Part shown: positions 9,960 through 20,435 of the stretch, piece after piece | Layout: each line of letters begins with the position of its first letter | Numbering within the stretch: position 1 is the stretch's first letter | NCBI GenBank assembly: GCA_052035325.1 | Contig: JBPOHR010000006.1 | Location: forward strand, 3,083 to 67,082 | Length of the DNA: 64,000 bases | Direction of reading: 5' to 3' | From: Patescibacteria group bacterium | GTDB taxonomy: Bacteria > Patescibacteriota > Microgenomatia > UBA1400 > PJMF01 | The notes under the pieces: model-generated | Told to the model about the DNA's origin: nothing | Database searches by the model: none | The model's input: the letters and a program-made list of their open reading frames with translations, nothing else | Translations under genes and position numbers: made by a program

Positions 9960-10490
9960 ATGACATATGTAGCACTACTGCGCGGTATCAATGTAGGTGG
10001 TAATCAAAAAGTTAACATGAAACAACTCAAAAGTACCTTTGAGTCGGTTGGCATGAGTGAAGTCAGAACATATATCAACAGCGGGAATGTTCTTTTTGAA
10101 AGCCCCCAACTCGACACCAAAAAATTGACCAAATTTTTGGAAACGACTGTTTTTGAGACATTCCATCTACAAATCAGCATTATCATTCGTACTGCAAAAG
10201 AGATAGCAGCCATAGCAAGTGCCCTTCCCGCAAATTGGGCTAACGATACCCAAATGAAATGTGATGTATTATTTCTCTCCGGGCACATTGACAATCCTGA
10301 TGTACTCAACAAACTCCCTAAGCCTATACCAAGTGAAGACATCCTCTACATTCCTGGGTGTGTTATTTGGCGAATTGATCGCACACTTGTAACTAAAAGT
10401 AAGATGCTCAAAATCGTCGGTACTGATGTATATAAGAAAATGACCGTTCGAAATTGCAACACCGTGAGAAAAATAGCAAAACTACTGTAG
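9960..10490 (+). CDS. DUF1697 family protein
   Basis: YVALLRGINVGG...V.TYINSGNVLF...T.RN.NTV signature. Confidence 0.9.
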   Translation: MTYVALLRGINVGGNQKVNMKQLKSTFESVGMSEVRTYINSGNVLFESPQLDTKKLTKFLETTVFETFHLQISIIIRTAKEIAAIASALPANWANDTQMKCDVLFLSGHIDNPDVLNKLPKPIPSEDILYIPGCVIWRIDRTLVTKSKMLKIVGTDVYKKMTVRNCNTVRKIAKLL

Positions 10491-10565
10491 TTATCGGTCA
10501 AACACTTAAACCATATCTATTTTCACACAATCAATTCACATTCGTTTTGTGATAAAACTGTAATA

Positions 10566-11975
10566 ATGCTATTTAATTCGTTTTATTTCTACATATTCTT
10601 TGCGATTGTTTTTCTCACGTACTGGCTACTACCTGCAAAATACCAACCTTTGTTGCTGCTTGCAGCTAGCTACCTATTCTATGTATCAGCTCAACCGGCG
10701 TATGCACTCCTACTGCTGGCAAGCACACTAGTAAGTTACACCACAGCACGATTGATGGAGCATTTTCCTCAGAAAAAAAAGTTCGTTTTGACTGGGGCAG
10801 TGCTCATACATTTGGGGGTGCTGGGTGTATTCAAGTACTTGCATTTTTTTGCCTTAACTTTCAATCTACAGCTGCCCGCAATGAACCTCATCCTTCCGCT
10901 GGGTATCTCCTTTTTTACGTTTCAAACAATAGGGTACTTGATCGATGTCTATCGTGGCAAACACAAAGCGGAAACGAATTTAATGACATTTGCACTGTTT
11001 ATGTCGTTTTTTCCAGTGGTGACCGCGGGTCCCATTGAACGCAGAACACAACTACTACCGCAATTACACACGGCAAAAAAACTTAACTACGGACAAATCG
11101 TAAGTGGCGCACAGTTATTTGTTTTTGGTCTCTTCAAGAAGGTTGTCATTGCTGACAACCTGGCATTGGTGGTCAACCATGTATTCGATTTCTTGCCCCA
11201 ATATAAAGGCTTTAGTTTGATTTTGACTATGATCTTCTTTTCGTGGCAGCTGTATGCGGATTTTTCCGGATACACGGACATGGCCCGTGGTATAGGTAGG
11301 ATGCTTGGTTTCGAACTACTAGAAAACTTCCGCACACCATATCTCGCATCATCAGTGCAGGATTTTTGGCGCCGTTGGCACATCTCACTTTCAAGCTGGT
11401 TTCGCGACTATCTCTACATTCCTCTTGGGGGTAGCCGTGTCTCTACTTGGCGTGCCTACTTGAACACGGGCATTGTGTTTCTCGTTTGTGGTCTCTGGCA
11501 TGGTGCTTCTTGGAATTTTGTGATTTGGGGGGCGATTCATGGTTTTGTGCTGATGGGTGAACGATTCTTTTCACAACTCACAAAAAATCGTTTCAAGCTG
11601 CCGAAAATCATTGGACAACTGTATACCTATAGTGTAGTTGTAACTTCATGGATCGTATTTCGCGCACCAACTCTACCTGATGCGTGGTATGTCGCCCGAC
11701 AATCGCTGTCTGGTGTACGACACTTCATTTCTCCCATCTATCTTTGGGCAAGTGTTAGCCAAATGTTCAAGACGAATCTAGTCGAGATTGCGATTGCCTT
11801 TGGTTGCCTAGCCACCATTGTTTGTTTAGACGTTCTCAAGGATAGAGTAGGCTTGGGGAAGATTATTCGCACATTGCCAAGATACATTCGTTGGGTCGTC
11901 TATGTACTTGTCGTCACTAGTATTGTCTTACTTCAAAATACCCATGCAACCACTTTTATTTATGTCCAGTTCTAA
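10566..11975 (+). CDS. MBOAT-family O-acyltransferase (AlgI/DltB/PatA-like)
   Basis: LPLGISFFTFQ, AGPIER, YADFSGYTDMA, FWRRWHISLSSWFRDYLYIPLGG, catalytic GLWHGA. Confidence 0.95.
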   Translation: MLFNSFYFYIFFAIVFLTYWLLPAKYQPLLLLAASYLFYVSAQPAYALLLLASTLVSYTTARLMEHFPQKKKFVLTGAVLIHLGVLGVFKYLHFFALTFNLQLPAMNLILPLGISFFTFQTIGYLIDVYRGKHKAETNLMTFALFMSFFPVVTAGPIERRTQLLPQLHTAKKLNYGQIVSGAQLFVFGLFKKVVIADNLALVVNHVFDFLPQYKGFSLILTMIFFSWQLYADFSGYTDMARGIGRMLGFELLENFRTPYLASSVQDFWRRWHISLSSWFRDYLYIPLGGSRVSTWRAYLNTGIVFLVCGLWHGASWNFVIWGAIHGFVLMGERFFSQLTKNRFKLPKIIGQLYTYSVVVTSWIVFRAPTLPDAWYVARQSLSGVRHFISPIYLWASVSQMFKTNLVEIAIAFGCLATIVCLDVLKDRVGLGKIIRTLPRYIRWVVYVLVVTSIVLLQNTHATTFIYVQF

Positions 11976-13116
11976 CCGCTCACTTATCACATTTCTATCT
12001 GTCATTGGCATGATACTGATGGCCACGATGCTGTTGGTGACTACGGTGTACCTCGGCTACCTACACTGGATGCGATTACCCTATGATCTGCCGCGAAATT
12101 TGTGGATTGCCCCTCCAACCGAAAACAAATATGAAATCGTGAAAGTAGGTAATTCACACGCTGACGATGCAATTACGTTCTCACATTATAATTTGCGCGG
12201 CTTGAAAGCTTCAGGCGTCGCGCAACGCTTCCGCTACGACCTCGTCATGCTCAAACAGTACCAACATCAAATAGAGGAGGGGGCGGTTATTATTATTGAT
12301 GCCTCGCATCTTTCATTTTCACATCGCTTAGCTGATGGCAATGATGGATTACAGTACAACTATTATGGCGCCGTCAGCCCACTCCTGATTCCCAATCTAA
12401 AAGTCAGTGATTACCTCCAAAGCAAAATCGTCCCTATGCTCCGAGCTGGGTATCTCCTTCGTCAAGCTCACCAAGAGAATGTTATCGCCCGGATTTCTGC
12501 CGAAGAAAAACGTCCTGAACCAACACCAACCGTCACCATTCCCGCATCGCCACCTCCGACAACTCAACCTCTGCCAACCAGTGCCACACCTGCACCAGGA
12601 TTCACCGCTGAAGAACTTCGTTTTAATGTCAATGCTATTCGAACTGAGCTTGCCAATCCCACCAAAACTCCGCCAACACATTTTATCGATAACCTCGATT
12701 TTGTTTTTAATAAGTGGTATCACACTGATGAGTTTGATCCCAAATACTTTGAGTCAAACCGACAAGATTTGGAAGCTTTAATTGCGTATTGTCTTGAGAA
12801 AGAATGGCGACCAGTGCTGATTACTATACCTGTGGCACAAAAACTTGAAGATGGCCTGTTAAGTGACTACAAACAAGTCTATCTCTATGACAATATTGCC
12901 CAGACTAACTTGCAGGGGACAGAGTACATCGACTTCACCACCCGAACAGACATCACCACAAACCTCTCACTGTTTGATAATGTTGACCATCTCAACCAGA
13001 AAGGTGCGGCCATTTTTAGTTATATTTTGCTCGGTGAGTTGATCGAACGAGGATACCTACCAAAAAGTGCGGACGGGTATGATTATCGGCCATTAGATCT
13101 AACTAGTCGGGAGTAG
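11962..13116 (+). CDS. Membrane-anchored SGNH-like protein (DltD/AlgJ/PatB-like MBOAT partner)
   Basis: N-terminal TM, GNSH block I, DNVDHLN (DxxH) block V, Pro/Thr-rich insert. Overlaps the MBOAT stop. Confidence 0.75.
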   Translation: MSSSNRSLITFLSVIGMILMATMLLVTTVYLGYLHWMRLPYDLPRNLWIAPPTENKYEIVKVGNSHADDAITFSHYNLRGLKASGVAQRFRYDLVMLKQYQHQIEEGAVIIIDASHLSFSHRLADGNDGLQYNYYGAVSPLLIPNLKVSDYLQSKIVPMLRAGYLLRQAHQENVIARISAEEKRPEPTPTVTIPASPPPTTQPLPTSATPAPGFTAEELRFNVNAIRTELANPTKTPPTHFIDNLDFVFNKWYHTDEFDPKYFESNRQDLEALIAYCLEKEWRPVLITIPVAQKLEDGLLSDYKQVYLYDNIAQTNLQGTEYIDFTTRTDITTNLSLFDNVDHLNQKGAAIFSYILLGELIERGYLPKSADGYDYRPLDLTSRE

Positions 13117-14249
13117 TTTTGGGCAAATGAAGCCTGTGAGGGATTAAAGATCGTTAGAACTCGCTGGGGTGGCACACCGAGAGCCATGAGTCTCATATGC
13201 AGATATGCCGCCCTCTTGGCGTAATAGATTCTTTCCACGACACTGCCTTTCATTGAGTGGGCTACATAAATTTCCGTGAGGGCTATCGCTCGCGTTGGAT
13301 TTTGCATCAACCAAGCATCTACCTCTTCAATTGTTTCTTGATAAATCTGCTCTATCCAAAAACGTGATGCTGAATTACGAAGCATTTCATCACCATCTGT
13401 TTGTAAATTAGAAGTGAATAACTGGGAATTTGTAGCTCTGATCTCTTGTCGAACTCGATTAAGCAATTCGTCGTCGTGACCTCTGTCAACTAAACCATGT
13501 TGCACTAAGTACTCAGCTACCAATATGTCTTCTTGACTCAACTGAGTGCGTGCTTCTATAGCATGAGCTTTCACTTTATTATCCGCCACAACATTGAGAA
13601 ATGCTGCATAGTAGCTTGGATTGAATCTCCAGAGTGCAAGTAATCTGATGAGCGAAATGCCTCTATCATAGTGGCCAACAGCAGGCACCTCTAGCATATG
13701 TAACTGCTCTGGTTTCATTGCATCGAGTAATTGCAATAGTCGCGTCGACAATGTTCTATCAGTCGTTTTGGAAAATACCGGCGAAGCTTTATAGCCAACA
13801 TATTCTTCTTCGCATCGGCTGGTAACACGTTCTAAATAACCTGGGTTTGACATCATAGTCAACGCCACTACATTTAAAAAACCCCACATGTCTGTATCCC
13901 AAAGATCAGTGTCTTCACCAAAATGTGGGTACAAGGCCCGTAAAATATGATCATAGAAAATATAATTTGTTCCTTCCCGAACATGAAGCTGTTCTAGTTT
14001 CCGCGTCTTCACTTCATCGTGAACCCATGCTTGAAAAATGCCCAGCTCGACTGCAAATGTCGTCTTGCCAGACGCTGGATTCCCTATCACGCCAATAATT
14101 GACACACGAGAATCCAGCAACCAGTTAACTATCACATGCCATGGAGTTTGGCCATATGCCGGAATTGCTTGTGCTAATGCTGGACACTCTTTGCTTAGAA
14201 AATCTCGAATGTCCCTAGTGAAGACACTTTCAGGACTAACCCTTTTCAT
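13083..14249 (-). CDS. Hypothetical protein with Walker A-like motif
   Basis: IIGVIGNPASGKTT. Start overlaps the kinase stop (ATGA). Confidence 0.6.
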   Translation of the reverse strand: MKRVSPESVFTRDIRDFLSKECPALAQAIPAYGQTPWHVIVNWLLDSRVSIIGVIGNPASGKTTFAVELGIFQAWVHDEVKTRKLEQLHVREGTNYIFYDHILRALYPHFGEDTDLWDTDMWGFLNVVALTMMSNPGYLERVTSRCEEEYVGYKASPVFSKTTDRTLSTRLLQLLDAMKPEQLHMLEVPAVGHYDRGISLIRLLALWRFNPSYYAAFLNVVADNKVKAHAIEARTQLSQEDILVAEYLVQHGLVDRGHDDELLNRVRQEIRATNSQLFTSNLQTDGDEMLRNSASRFWIEQIYQETIEEVDAWLMQNPTRAIALTEIYVAHSMKGSVVERIYYAKRAAYLHMRLMALGVPPQRVLTIFNPSQASFAQNYSRLVRSNGR

Positions 14250-15397
14250 ACAGGTTGAGGGAGTGAAATGGTGACTACCGTTCCCTTGCCTAGATCTGAA
14301 GTAATAGTAATAGTACCTTGATGTTCGTCAACAATTTTTTTTGTGACAAATAATCCAATACCGAGTCCTTCTTTTAACATTTCACCTCGATAATATCGCT
14401 CGAACACATGTGTGAGATGCTCTGGCTTGATGCCTGTACCGTGGTCAGTAATGGTTACAATTAACTGCGCATCACGAACTGTGACAGCCATTTCCACAGT
14501 CGTATTTTTCATTGAGTACTTTGCAGCATTATTCAGAATATTGTTGAGTACTTGGAGGATTCGAAATGGATCAACAAAAACCTCTGCTGTAGACACAAAT
14601 TGTCTATCTATCTTCAACTGTCGACTGGAATACACGCTGTGAAAATCAAGCGCAGCTTGATCTATCAGGTCATTTAGAGATGTCATAACGGGTTGTGAAA
14701 GTATTTTTCCAGTTTGGATAGTAGTAATCTCCAATAAACCTTCTACTAGGTTGGCAAGTCTTTTTGTTGCATTGGTGAGCGCTGCTGTCCACTTCCGAGA
14801 TATTGGCTGTTGTTTTTCTATCGTTTTGTCGATCAGCTCTGCATACATAGCAAGTGTTGTGAGTGGCGTCTTTAATTCATGAGATGCCATTGAGATGAAT
14901 AAATCGCGAGCATCTAGTGCCTGATTCAGTTGAGTGAACAATAGGTTGTTGCGCAACTTCAAACTTGCTAGTGAACCAAATAATTGCAAAATACGCAGTT
15001 TTCCTTTGCCAAAGTCGCGTGTTCTACGCGAACGAAGTGTCAACACACCAAAGGCTTTTTTTTCATACACTAAGGGGACAAAAACAATACATCGTGTATC
15101 AGATTTCGCAATTTCTGGATGAAACTTTTTTAATACCCGACGAGTAATAATCACGGGTATTTGGGTCTTGAGAGCTTCAATTGTAAATCCATTGACTCTT
15201 GGTTGAAATTGTTCTGTTGTGGGAACATTGGAATATACTCTTTGTAGTTCGCCATTTTGAACTAAAAACATTGACCCTTGGTAACCATTAACAAGTCGTT
15301 CTGCCTCAGAACAAATCGTAACAAATGTGTGCTCAAGAGTGAGCGGTAACATTAGTTTCAAAGCGGACTGATAAACCTCAGTGACAGCAAACTTCAT
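14246..15397 (-). CDS. Cytoplasmic GAF-domain sensor histidine kinase
   Basis: GAF-like N-terminus (VPLVYEKKAFGVLTL), SHELKTPL, NNAAKYS, DHGTGI, GLGIGL. No TM helix. Confidence 0.9.
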   Translation of the reverse strand: MKFAVTEVYQSALKLMLPLTLEHTFVTICSEAERLVNGYQGSMFLVQNGELQRVYSNVPTTEQFQPRVNGFTIEALKTQIPVIITRRVLKKFHPEIAKSDTRCIVFVPLVYEKKAFGVLTLRSRRTRDFGKGKLRILQLFGSLASLKLRNNLLFTQLNQALDARDLFISMASHELKTPLTTLAMYAELIDKTIEKQQPISRKWTAALTNATKRLANLVEGLLEITTIQTGKILSQPVMTSLNDLIDQAALDFHSVYSSRQLKIDRQFVSTAEVFVDPFRILQVLNNILNNAAKYSMKNTTVEMAVTVRDAQLIVTITDHGTGIKPEHLTHVFERYYRGEMLKEGLGIGLFVTKKIVDEHQGTITITSDLGKGTVVTISLPQPV

Positions 15398-15518
15398 ACA
15401 TCAGCCAGGTGTATTTGCTACGATTATGATAGTATAGCTGCTAATATCACTTGAACCAACATTTATATACTTTACAAATATTGTTGACAGATAAATCTAT
15501 TTTCTTTAGATTGAGCAA

Positions 15519-18500
15519 TTATTGTATGTTAGAGTTCTGTAAGACTGGACTCTTTTTTTTGTCATTGGCAAAGAAGCTATAATAAAGCGTAGGAATAAAT
15601 AGCAACATAATGGTGCTAGCAATCAGCAAACCAGAAATGATAGCGCCGCCTAAACCACGCCAAAGTGGGTTAGTAATAGTGATTGGTAGTAATCCCAGTA
15701 CTGTGCAGAGTTTGGTTAAAATAATGGGTTCCATGCGACTGGCACCAGCATCAGCAATTGCTTCTCGAAGTGGCATCCCCTCACGTTGATTCAGATTAAT
15801 TTTATCAACAATAAACATCGAATTGGTCACCACAATTCCGAATAAGGATAAAACTCCAATCAGTGCAGGGAATGACAAAGCGGTGCCAGTCAACGCAAAA
15901 ATGAGGAACACACTTGAAACAGCCAATGGGATAACGATGAGAACTATAAATGCCTGTCTAAACGAACCAAATTGAATCACCATCGTAACCATAATTAAAA
16001 CTGCTGAAATCACCATTGCTTGCAAAATTGAGTTGATTGATTCCTGATTTTCTTCATTAGCACCACCTGTTTGCCATGTATATTCATCTGCCATATTCAG
16101 TTTTGCCACCTGCTCCAACAGAGCCTTATTTTGCTCTGCAGCAGAACTGCCGGGTGCGGTGGCTGCAGACACAGAGATACTACGATTGCCATCTTCACGA
16201 GTTATTTGTGTCGGACTTGCCTTCACTTCAAAACTGCCCAGTGTTGCTAAAGGGTAACCAATTCCTTGTGAATTTGTGATAACCAAAGCCCCAAGCTGAT
16301 CTGGACTAGCATCTGAATCGCTCATGCGAAAGACCACATCCTGCTTTTCGTCGTGGGAAGTTGTGAATTCGATAGTATCGAGAGTAAAACCTGTTGCATA
16401 CGTGCGCAACCACAAACCAATAGCATCAATGGTCAGCCCTGCTTGAGCGATTTTTGTTTGATCGGGCACAAACTCGAGTTGACTCGTCCCAGTCCGGTAT
16501 GACTTTTCCACATTCAATGTCCCTGGTGTATTTTGCAAAAACTGGACAAGCTGGTCGGCATACACATTCAACTGAGAAATGTCGGGACCAAGCAACTGAA
16601 CTTGTACATCTGCTCCTGCAGGGGGTCCACCACTTTGCTCGACAACACTTATTTTGCCAGAATCAAAGTCACTCAGACTTTGTCGTAATTCCTCCGCAAT
16701 GATATATGACTTTTTTGTCCGTTCTTCTGCTGGTGGCAGCGTGACTGTTAAGGCCACAAAGTTACTACCTGTCGTGGAACCAAAACCACCTGCTTGTTTG
16801 CCCATTTCAGCGATAACATACGTAATTTCGGGATTATGGCGAACTTTTTCGAGCAAATGCTCTCCCGTAATCGTCGTATTTTCAAACGTTGTCCCAGCGG
16901 GCAATTCTAAATTGACATACATGGTTTTTTCATCGGTCTTTGGAAAAAATTCACTCTTCACTAAACCCAATGGTAATAGCGCAAACGAAACAACCGAGTA
17001 GACCGTGATCGCGATCAAGACTCTCCGACGTGAAACCTGTGATCCCAGGATTGAGTAAATTGTACGGTAATACCACTGGCTAAAGCCCTCAACATTAATG
17101 ACTCCATTATCAGCAATTCGCTGGATACGAGATGAAACATCTTGAAGGAGTGGCTGTTGTTTCAAAATTGCCTGCAGTTGACGCACTAAAACTGCACCAA
17201 ACTTCGCAACAAAAAATAATAATAACACATACAGTACACCTGCTAGTACTAATAACGGTGTGCCCTGAGCTAAGAAAATCGTCAATGCTAAACCAACTAA
17301 TACCCCCAAGACTTTCAAGAACAATAGTATTCTGCCTGGCATTTGTGGTTTGAGAATAAAAATCATAATTGGTAACGTAATCAAACATGCAATTGCTGTC
17401 GAAGATACCATGGTGACAGTCACCACAATCGGAATCGGTTTGATAAACTCTCCGATGATTCCTGATGTCAGTAAAAGGGGAATAAAGGACCAAATTGTTG
17501 TCAATGTAGTCGACCAAATTGGTACTATCGTATCTCTCCAAACTAACACGCCTGTCTGCAAAGGAGAAAATCTTCCTGTCTTGTAGTACGCAGTCATTGC
17601 CGACACCACCACAATTGTGTCGTCAACCAACAAACCAAGTGCTAACAAGAATGCAAATAACGATAAGAAGTTTATAGATTGTCCAAATACACTCATCAGT
17701 GCAAAAGCACTAAGAAATGTCAGTGGCACAGTAAATGAAGAAATTATTGCTTGTCTCAAGCCTAAGAAAAGTAATAAACACGCAAAAACTAACAAAATCG
17801 TGGTGCGAAATTCACCTAACAAATCGCTGAACTGGTCATTGATGTCTTCACTTGTATTTGAAAGGGTGGTTAATGAAAACCGATCACCAGCTGTCTCCAT
17901 TGTCTGAGCAACAGAGTCACTTACTACCTCACCAGCTTTATCAATACTGACTGTTGATGTTTTATAGACATAAAAAGTCACCGCCCGCTGTGCCGCTTGT
18001 TCGCGAGTTGCCAATAATGCCAATTGCTGATCTTTGATTGGAAGTTCACGAACAGTGGCAATATCACCAAGTTGGACTACCGACCCGTTCACCGACACTC
18101 TGAGTTGGCGCAGTTGTTCGATGGTGGTAATGCTTGGCTCAATAGTAACCGAAAAGGTGTTGTTTTGACTTTGAACTGTACCAGCTGGATACGAACCTGC
18201 AGATTTTTGAACAGCCTGAGCCAAAATCACCGGATTAACACCTAATTCTTTGACAGCTGTAGGAAGTATGGTAACTACCACCTCTTGCTTTTCAAACCCA
18301 CTTGTTTCCACTCTATCTACAACAGGTAAATCTTCAATCTGCACCTGCAAACGGCGAGCAAAATCCATTAATGTACGGGGATCTTCGCTGGTGGTAACAG
18401 CAAAAGTCCAGATTGGCTGATCCTCAAAGTCGAGTGCATTAACGACTGGCGTTTGAGCATCATCTGGCAAATCTGATACGCTATCTACGGCATTTTGCAC

Positions 18501-18914
18501 TTCATCTTTTGCTTTATCTCGTGCCACTGTCGAAGCAAATTGCGTCGTAACCACAGATACATTTGGACTTGATACCGATGTCATCGTATCCAAACCCTCG
18601 GCAGACTTTATTTCATTTTCCAAGGGGATGGAAATAAGTTTTTCCACATCTTCAGGAGACGCACCGGGCAAAAAGGTCACCACAGTCACAATAGGGATTT
18701 CGACTTCTGGGTTCAGTCGCTTAGGTAACGAACTAAAACTAACTAATCCAATTAAGATAATCGTTAGGGTTAACAAACCAACAAAACGTAGATTACTGAT
18801 GTATTTTGCCACCGCCGAAGTTAATAATCTTGGATCGAATTTGATCCGGGAAAAATAGCTCTGTTCAGCGTTGTGACGTTTGGAAGTAGTTGTTTTTGAA
18901 GAACTAGATCGCAT
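15519..18914 (-). CDS. AcrB/AcrD/AcrF-family RND efflux permease
   Basis: 1131 aa. PGASPEDVE, GLLVDDTIVV, GIIGEFI, GIVVTNS, SRMEPIILT. Confidence 0.95.
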   Translation of the reverse strand: MRSSSSKTTTSKRHNAEQSYFSRIKFDPRLLTSAVAKYISNLRFVGLLTLTIILIGLVSFSSLPKRLNPEVEIPIVTVVTFLPGASPEDVEKLISIPLENEIKSAEGLDTMTSVSSPNVSVVTTQFASTVARDKAKDEVQNAVDSVSDLPDDAQTPVVNALDFEDQPIWTFAVTTSEDPRTLMDFARRLQVQIEDLPVVDRVETSGFEKQEVVVTILPTAVKELGVNPVILAQAVQKSAGSYPAGTVQSQNNTFSVTIEPSITTIEQLRQLRVSVNGSVVQLGDIATVRELPIKDQQLALLATREQAAQRAVTFYVYKTSTVSIDKAGEVVSDSVAQTMETAGDRFSLTTLSNTSEDINDQFSDLLGEFRTTILLVFACLLLFLGLRQAIISSFTVPLTFLSAFALMSVFGQSINFLSLFAFLLALGLLVDDTIVVVSAMTAYYKTGRFSPLQTGVLVWRDTIVPIWSTTLTTIWSFIPLLLTSGIIGEFIKPIPIVVTVTMVSSTAIACLITLPIMIFILKPQMPGRILLFLKVLGVLVGLALTIFLAQGTPLLVLAGVLYVLLLFFVAKFGAVLVRQLQAILKQQPLLQDVSSRIQRIADNGVINVEGFSQWYYRTIYSILGSQVSRRRVLIAITVYSVVSFALLPLGLVKSEFFPKTDEKTMYVNLELPAGTTFENTTITGEHLLEKVRHNPEITYVIAEMGKQAGGFGSTTGSNFVALTVTLPPAEERTKKSYIIAEELRQSLSDFDSGKISVVEQSGGPPAGADVQVQLLGPDISQLNVYADQLVQFLQNTPGTLNVEKSYRTGTSQLEFVPDQTKIAQAGLTIDAIGLWLRTYATGFTLDTIEFTTSHDEKQDVVFRMSDSDASPDQLGALVITNSQGIGYPLATLGSFEVKASPTQITREDGNRSISVSAATAPGSSAAEQNKALLEQVAKLNMADEYTWQTGGANEENQESINSILQAMVISAVLIMVTMVIQFGSFRQAFIVLIVIPLAVSSVFLIFALTGTALSFPALIGVLSLFGIVVTNSMFIVDKINLNQREGMPLREAIADAGASRMEPIILTKLCTVLGLLPITITNPLWRGLGGAIISGLLIASTIMLLFIPTLYYSFFANDKKKSPVLQNSNIQ

Positions 18915-18917
18915 CTG

Positions 18918-20375
18918 TTACTCTTGTACCTTAACAAGATCTCCAGCGATTATCTGGCGATCAAGTATTACCGTATCGCCATTCTTCAGTCCATCCGTCA
19001 AGATTACTGATGAGCCAGCAATATCACCAAGTGCTACCTGGTGACTAACTGCTCTAAGTGTGCCATCAATTTCTTCAGCAAGTAATACGTATGCACCATT
19101 TTGACTCTGGTAAATAGAATCTAATGGCACGGCCAATGCTGCATCATTTCCTCGACTAAGTGGGATCTTTACTATAACTGAAGTGCCTGCACTAAGCACC
19201 GCACTTAGTTCAGTTGGTAGCGAATAAGTGACTGCATGCAAGCTACCATCTGTTGGTTCTTGAGCAATCGATCTAGGTACTACTGAATAGTTCTGATTAT
19301 TAATTTCAAAAGTTGATGCTTCAATCGGCGAAACTTGGTGCGCAATTTCGCTCGAGACCAAAGCTACCGCGGATACTTCGCCAGCATCCGCTCGAAGTAT
19401 CGCTAGAGTAGTACCTGGATTGACGACTTGGCCAACTGATACTAGCACTCTTTCCACGACACCTGGGCACGGTGAGACAGGATACATCAGACTTTCGTTT
19501 ACTTGAGCTATTTTGAGATTGAGCTGTGCAATATCTCGACTTAAATCTAAGCCACGGCGTTGCAACTCAAGTTGACGGAGGGTGTTATCTCGAGAAATCC
19601 GAGCTAAATCGGCTGGTTCGCCTGAATCAGCATTCAAGTATTCGGCACTGCGCAGTCCGGATCGTAGATTAGCCAACCCCGACAAGGCCTGAGCCTTTTG
19701 GCTCTTTAACCCTGTAATGGTCGCCTCGGGTTGACTCATTGCTATTGCTTCGTTAATTTGAGCGTCCAAACTAGTGACAATTTCCTCATTCAACGTGATC
19801 AGTGCGTTGGTATCATCAAATGATTTTCGAGCAATATCACGCAACTGCGATGCTTGTGTTTCACTCTTTTCAGCAAGAAGCCGGCTAGCTTCGATACTGT
19901 CAACTTGTAACTGATAGGTATCAAGTGTCGATTGATAGTTTTTTTGACTCAGTTGGCGACTTAATGAAAAAACGTTACCACCTTGGTAATTGGTTGAGAG
20001 TGAAGCTATGCGTGTGCCGCGCTTAACACGTTCACCTTCTTTAACGCCCACTTTTTGAACAACACCACTTGTTAATGACACAATTCTGATGTTACCTGTT
20101 TTTTCAATTTCAGCTTGAACTACAAGCTCGGGTGAACCACCAACTGCAAACACTGCTGTTGACTTAGGTTCAGGAGTTTTCGCTATCTCATCCTGTGGTG
20201 GCTTACGCAAAACAGCACTAAGCACAATCACACCAATGAGTGCGATAAGCAACATAAAAAAAGCGGTTAATGGTCTTGCTGCTAGATATGAAGATGCTCT
20301 CTGCTGGATGGGCGTAAGTCTGCTAACAAACGATTTTTTTAGTGAAAGCAAGGAACTGCGACGTAATTTAGTCAT
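18918..20375 (-). CDS. RND membrane-fusion protein
   Basis: TM anchor, SGVVQKVGVKEGERV, long coiled coil, SPCPGVVERV, GLKNGDTVI. Confidence 0.85.
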   Translation of the reverse strand: MTKLRRSSLLSLKKSFVSRLTPIQQRASSYLAARPLTAFFMLLIALIGVIVLSAVLRKPPQDEIAKTPEPKSTAVFAVGGSPELVVQAEIEKTGNIRIVSLTSGVVQKVGVKEGERVKRGTRIASLSTNYQGGNVFSLSRQLSQKNYQSTLDTYQLQVDSIEASRLLAEKSETQASQLRDIARKSFDDTNALITLNEEIVTSLDAQINEAIAMSQPEATITGLKSQKAQALSGLANLRSGLRSAEYLNADSGEPADLARISRDNTLRQLELQRRGLDLSRDIAQLNLKIAQVNESLMYPVSPCPGVVERVLVSVGQVVNPGTTLAILRADAGEVSAVALVSSEIAHQVSPIEASTFEINNQNYSVVPRSIAQEPTDGSLHAVTYSLPTELSAVLSAGTSVIVKIPLSRGNDAALAVPLDSIYQSQNGAYVLLAEEIDGTLRAVSHQVALGDIAGSSVILTDGLKNGDTVILDRQIIAGDLVKVQE

Positions 20376-20378
20376 ATT

Positions 20379-20428
20379 TTGATATATTTTGAAGCAGTAG
20401 TATAATTTGTTAAGGCCTTAATTGTCAA
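20379..20428. promoter_or_regulatory. Overlapping divergent sigma70 promoters with palindromic MarR operator TTAAGGCCTTAA (20410-20421)
   Basis: Minus strand: TTGACA(20423-28)-N18-TATACT(20399-404). Plus strand: TTGATA(20379-84)-N16-TATAAT(20401-06). A perfect 12-bp palindrome lies in the minus-strand promoter spacer. Confidence 0.65.
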
Positions 20429-20435
20429 GGTATTT

